Assembly (NCBI GenBank): GCA_965226555.1
Contig: CBDDDG010000016.1
Location: forward strand, 1-64,000
Direction: 5' to 3'
Origin: Salinispira sp.
Lineage (GTDB): Bacteria; Spirochaetota; Spirochaetia; DSM-27196; Salinispiraceae
Length of the DNA stretch: 64,000 nt
Part shown: positions 60,301 to 64,000 of the stretch, in pieces
Numbering within the stretch: the stretch's first letter is position 1
How the letters are laid out: each line of letters begins with the position of its first letter
The notes under the pieces: generated by a model
Databases searched by the model: none
Told to the model about the DNA's origin: nothing
What the model saw: only the letters and a program-made list of their open reading frames with translations
Program-made: the position numbers and the translations under genes

Positions 60301-63300
60301 CCCCCGGGGGGAAGTATCATCGCACAGCGATGCTGACGGATACCTCTGGCAGTATACCTATGATTCCCGGGGGCGGCTTGTCGCAGAAATTGACCCCGCT
60401 TCCTTTGCGACAACCTATACCTATGACAGAGCCGGGCGCATGCGGTCGATTCGCGATCCTGAAGGTCATATCCGGCGCTATGAGTATAATGCGCAGGGTC
60501 TTGTTACCCGCATTACCGACCCACAGGGAAACAGCGAGGGCTTTACCTATGACAGCAGAATGAACAGAACAGGCTACACCGATGCAGAAGGACATATCTG
60601 GGCATATCACTACGATGTCATAAACCGCCTTATCGGGATGACTGACCCTGAAAACTACCGTGTTCACTATGAATATGATGCGCAGGACAATCGCACCCGC
60701 CATACCGATGCTGACGGCGGGACGCATGTATATGGATATGACCGGTTGCAGCGGATCACCGCCATTACCGATCCTGCGGGGCACACGGAGTATACCGCCT
60801 ATGACAGCGAGGGAAACGTCAGTTCCTCCACGGACAAAGACGGAAGTACCTGGAATTACACGCATGATGCGCAGGGCAGAATGACGAGCGCGCAGGCTCC
60901 TGACGGGGGGCAGGTTCGCTATGCGTATGATAGGCGCGGACAGCTTATTGCCGTGAGCAATGAATTGGGTCATACAACACGCTACCAGTATGACAGCGTT
61001 GGGAACATGGTGATGAAAACCGATGAAGAGCAGCAGAGGTATGAGTATACCTACAACAACAGGCGGCAGCTCATCGGTGAGACTGACGGTTCAGGAAAAA
61101 CTCACCGCTATGAGTATGATGCGAGGGGGCAGATGATCCGGGAGGTGAATCGCCTCGGACGCTCCCAGCGATATGAATACGATGCGCGCGGTCTTCTCAC
61201 CGATGTGTATGATTTTAACGGAACGCGCATACAGTACACCTACGATGATCTTGAGCGCGTAACCGGTGAGTACGCAGACGGGGTCGTGCAATCATCCTTT
61301 CAGTATGATGACAGGGGAAACATTATCAGGGCAGTCAATGATACCGCGAGCCTGAGTTTCACCTACGACAGGAGAGGATACCTCACACGCTCATCGGACA
61401 GCCTCTCCGATACCCGCCAGTCATATACCTATAACGGACGGGGACTTCTGACAACACACAGCATGTCGGAAGCGGCGCAGCCCATACGCTATACCTACAA
61501 TGCCCGTTCAGACATTACCAGTATCACTGACCCTTCAGGCGGAGTAAACACATACACCTACAACACACGTTCGCAGGTTACCCGGGTCGACCGCGCTCAT
61601 GGTTTGAATGATATCTACACCTACGATAGTAACGGGCGCCAAACATCTCACCTCATTACCGAAGATTCACGGACACAGGAGCGTCGTGTTCAGGGTGAAA
61701 GTTATGTGTACAACACCGCCGGTCAGCGGATATTCGCGGTATCGGAAACAGGAGACTACACCCGCTATTCCTATGACGCGGCAGGCCGGTTAACAGAGGT
61801 TTTGTATCCTATCGGGAACAATAAGGAGTTTCTCCCTGCTGATATGAAAGCCGCCACCCTCTCAGGCTTTTACACCGGTGAAACTGAATCGGGGAGAGAT
61901 CACATCGACTTCGATGAGCTTGACCCGCCCGAATCCGCTGAAACCACCGTCCTCCCCGGCGGAGATGTCCTTATCACCGGAGAAACCGATACCGCCTACT
62001 GGGGAATACTCCGGCTGGTTCGGGAATCGGAAAACGGAACCTTCTTACCCATGAACATACGCACCTCCGATTCCGACACTCCCTCCCCGACCCCGCCGGT
62101 GAACATCGGCAGTCCGCACAAAGACCGATACCTCGTTACCGCCGATATGTATACGAGAATATTTCTTGACAATGCCTCCCGCAATAGTGTCGGCGCTGCG
62201 CTTGACCGCATTGCCCCCGATGTCTCCCTCGACAGTACCCTTCTCATGTGGCCTGAAACGTTTACCTACGATACGAGAGGCAACAGAACATCGGCGCGCA
62301 CTCCCTGGGGCATCCGCCTGAGTACCTACGATGATGACAACCGCCTCATAACAGAAGCGGGAACATCCTACACCTATGACCATAACGGGAACGCCATAGA
62401 GGAAACAGCTGAAATGTACAGCATCCGCTCCCGCTATACCTACGATAACAGGCTGTCTTCACTCGTAAAAACAACGGCAGACAGAACCGAGTATTCCGCA
62501 TACCACTATGATGCTCTGCGGCGGCGGGTGCATGATCTGTCGTGGTACACCCGGGCCGATCATCGTATTACCGGACTTCTCGATGACACCCGCCATGCCT
62601 ACCGGGGACTCAGTCTTAACAGGGTTGCCGGGGTGAGCCGAAGCGGAAAGCTGAGCTCTGAGAACACACATACATCTGTTTCCTACCACGGGGTTCCTGA
62701 CACATACCGAAAAAGGTATACGACCGACAGGAACGGTATAATCTCATCGCATATGACTGACGACTCCGGGGAAGGCGGAGCCCATAACTATTACCATACC
62801 GATGTGCTCGGAAGCACGGTGCTCAGTGTGGAACGGGGCAGGCAGTACCGCGTTGACTATGATGCCTTCGGGAGCCAGATAACAGGAAAGCCGCAGTTCG
62901 ACTTTGCCTATAACGGCAAACGCCGCGATCAGGTTACCGGGGTATATAACTACGGTTTTCGTGAATACGCCGCTGCCGCGGGAAGGTTTATTACACGCGA
63001 TCCCATACGCGATGGAACAAACTGGTATTCCTATGTGCGAAATGACCCAGTGAACTATGTTGATCCGTTGGGATTACGTCCCGTTCAAGCGGCAGGTACC
63101 GCAGACCGCAGAAGTTCACCGCCTTCATTCAAGGAGAATGAGGGCGCCGACAGGCCCAGTCCCAGCCGACCGGATACGGGCGGCGCTCCATCGAATCGCT
63201 CGAATTCAGGTGAAATTCACTATCAAAAGGTTTTTGATCCAACTGCGTTTCACTGCGATGCCATAGCATGGAATACGGCATTGAGTAATGGTTATGATCC

Positions 63301-63640
63301 CCGTCCGCCGGATGGACAGACATGGAATGCAGACACCATAACAGTTCCGCAAATCCGCGACATATATTCAACCGATAATCTCACAATCTCATCCGCAAAC
63401 ATCAGGTCTGCCATAAACAATCTTCCAGAACATACGCGTCCCCAGGCAGGATACCTGTTCAGCGGTGAAAACGGAAACAGCCATATTGAATTTGTTGAAT
63501 TCATCTACGATGAAGACGGAATGCTCACCGGATACACCGAATATGATACTGATGGTATAGATGATCCTAAGCAGAGACCACGACCTCTGGAAACGGCTTC
63601 GAGAACTCCACGATCATTCGTATTTTTGGATAATCTATAA
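57326..63640 (+). CDS. RHS/YD-repeat protein with DUF6531, RHS core and C-terminal putative toxin domain
   Basis: GGDPVRLTTGEF, many YxYD..G repeats, GRFITRDP, WYSYVRNDPVNYVDPLG; true start probably near 57494-57521 (signal-peptide-like). Confidence 0.92.
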   Translation: MRRQHYFGNGSMSSLCKRAGAPAHTGKNAGEGGGARPSFGAPAHKGKTIHGLPRIELKHFGACLCMLLVCMPVSSRDIPYTIWVERESLTHPGYGPDVIDIQEIPIYEDKLIEHWENCDIDLLDDGFSYIYACDQVWKTVSEQVGTTYTYKRRVVNVMIPEIITHTDETPEDITEDVPGIDDVDNQQTNADNLSELTESLDPDPITDNLDDTKDREQADRITDEDEVSNSVTGGDPVRLTTGEFVTSVSDMFMMLGVNSVDISRHYDKGIAYGQTFGSAWHSEIDTRIVRGINDNAQSDFDDLDDMYRTALSAYQQAYADYTTSLTTIQSVIDALNEVKTELATGRNTLQEAQNNLGTSDTDAHKKLQEYIDSITQRITSINTLLAEWETQQHNAIMNVLPQIQSAERHLQNIEAQRDAFHNYLVHTQRNTSLNAVSTQDTDFARSFINGVDTLTLISPRLQQVQFSYDSQPDYSAAMTYPGTDLINYYPAGSTFTALYPNQGELKLTPYGKFIYTDTDQSRYRYNHFGQLEQIQYDDLSTITVTHDAQGNLTELTDHWGRSISAQYNTAGNIITLTDPAGHDVTYRYTADGYLRQVTYPNDDTIAYTYRDDRLTSIIKPDSSRIRYTWTELTPGDFRVTSVSDEENAEETFSYNTVDNRTTYTSPSGVSQRHYSDARYRETRIEYEDGSAETFLYDRNNNQIQATRRNGAVITRAYNNSGNITAVTDETGNTEAYRYDTANRLTSFTDKNGDTTGYTYDTAGNLTRITHPDLNVIQIQYGDYGLPVVYENEEGEQTTYTYDSSGHIASVTDGEGSTWAYTHDILGNLLTETDPAGALTTHTYDTRNRRIRTTYPDASVERWEYSNRGDLSSFTDTAGYITAYTYDKRHLLRSITNPLGETTQYTYRPDRMQTEQISPAGYRMIYTYNTVGRLSEISYPDAGEGMRYTYDPAGTVSSITDSSGAAHIFSYNARDELIRAQYPDGSTESFTYTPRGEVSSHSDADGYLWQYTYDSRGRLVAEIDPASFATTYTYDRAGRMRSIRDPEGHIRRYEYNAQGLVTRITDPQGNSEGFTYDSRMNRTGYTDAEGHIWAYHYDVINRLIGMTDPENYRVHYEYDAQDNRTRHTDADGGTHVYGYDRLQRITAITDPAGHTEYTAYDSEGNVSSSTDKDGSTWNYTHDAQGRMTSAQAPDGGQVRYAYDRRGQLIAVSNELGHTTRYQYDSVGNMVMKTDEEQQRYEYTYNNRRQLIGETDGSGKTHRYEYDARGQMIREVNRLGRSQRYEYDARGLLTDVYDFNGTRIQYTYDDLERVTGEYADGVVQSSFQYDDRGNIIRAVNDTASLSFTYDRRGYLTRSSDSLSDTRQSYTYNGRGLLTTHSMSEAAQPIRYTYNARSDITSITDPSGGVNTYTYNTRSQVTRVDRAHGLNDIYTYDSNGRQTSHLITEDSRTQERRVQGESYVYNTAGQRIFAVSETGDYTRYSYDAAGRLTEVLYPIGNNKEFLPADMKAATLSGFYTGETESGRDHIDFDELDPPESAETTVLPGGDVLITGETDTAYWGILRLVRESENGTFLPMNIRTSDSDTPSPTPPVNIGSPHKDRYLVTADMYTRIFLDNASRNSVGAALDRIAPDVSLDSTLLMWPETFTYDTRGNRTSARTPWGIRLSTYDDDNRLITEAGTSYTYDHNGNAIEETAEMYSIRSRYTYDNRLSSLVKTTADRTEYSAYHYDALRRRVHDLSWYTRADHRITGLLDDTRHAYRGLSLNRVAGVSRSGKLSSENTHTSVSYHGVPDTYRKRYTTDRNGIISSHMTDDSGEGGAHNYYHTDVLGSTVLSVERGRQYRVDYDAFGSQITGKPQFDFAYNGKRRDQVTGVYNYGFREYAAAAGRFITRDPIRDGTNWYSYVRNDPVNYVDPLGLRPVQAAGTADRRSSPPSFKENEGADRPSPSRPDTGGAPSNRSNSGEIHYQKVFDPTAFHCDAIAWNTALSNGYDPRPPDGQTWNADTITVPQIRDIYSTDNLTISSANIRSAINNLPEHTRPQAGYLFSGENGNSHIEFVEFIYDEDGMLTGYTEYDTDGIDDPKQRPRPLETASRTPRSFVFLDNL

Positions 63641-64000
63641 CAACGTTTTGCAGAGCACAGTTTTCAGGATGAGCATGGAGCATTATTTCGGGTTGGAACG
63701 GCAGCCATGGTCATAGGGAATGGGCTCTCAAAGGTTTATATCCCAAGCCCGTCCGCCGACAGAATAGAATAAACGCCCGCTGAAAATTTGTCGGGTAGTA
63801 CTTTGAGTTATGCACTAAAATACCCGCAGAAACATCACCACCACAATGGTTCATTACCTTCAAGCTGTGAACCGAGAAAGGTTTCAATTCTCTGTCCGCT
63901 GTATTTTCCATTCTCATCAAGTAAGCCGCCCCGGGCAAAGTGTTCACCCCATGGTTCAAGGTCTCCGGTAAATGATTGTGCATCTGCAAACATCCAGTTG

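Noticed and set aside
63711..63989. 92-aa minus-strand ORF as an RHS immunity gene
   Set aside because: Convergent orientation, no recognisable features, and it runs across the 19-bp repeat motif at the window edge

Overview
Bacterial chromosomal window, most likely from a spirochaete and probably host-associated. This is an inference from the spirochaete-type ParC/ParE, the lipoprotein signal peptides and the FN3/DUF285 surface proteins. The housekeeping backbone comprises tRNA-Pro, rmuC, a TAXI TRAP transporter, parC/parE, hisZ/hisG/hisB, rsmD, an M29 aminopeptidase, murD, a Q-precursor transporter, a nucleoside-type ABC transporter, HPr, sppA, argS and manA. It is interrupted by accessory DNA: McrBC next to tRNA-Pro, an orphan Panacea/SocA antitoxin, repeat-rich surface lipoproteins, two Rpn-family and one coiled-coil PD-(D/E)XK nuclease, an AT-rich SF1 helicase-nuclease island, IS remnants, a type II secretion cluster and a divergently transcribed RHS toxin. 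Most notable: (i) the helicase-nuclease ends at an A9 slippery run, and a start-less -1 frame continues about 175 codons with a C4 Zn finger and a WYL-like tail; (ii) all three full surface-lipoprotein genes are directly followed by a PD-(D/E)XK nuclease; (iii) three insertions are bracketed by 111-136 bp duplications of housekeeping-gene ends; (iv) a dispersed family of covarying hairpin elements, two of which disrupt an Rpn gene. All family assignments are by motif recognition only; no database search was run.
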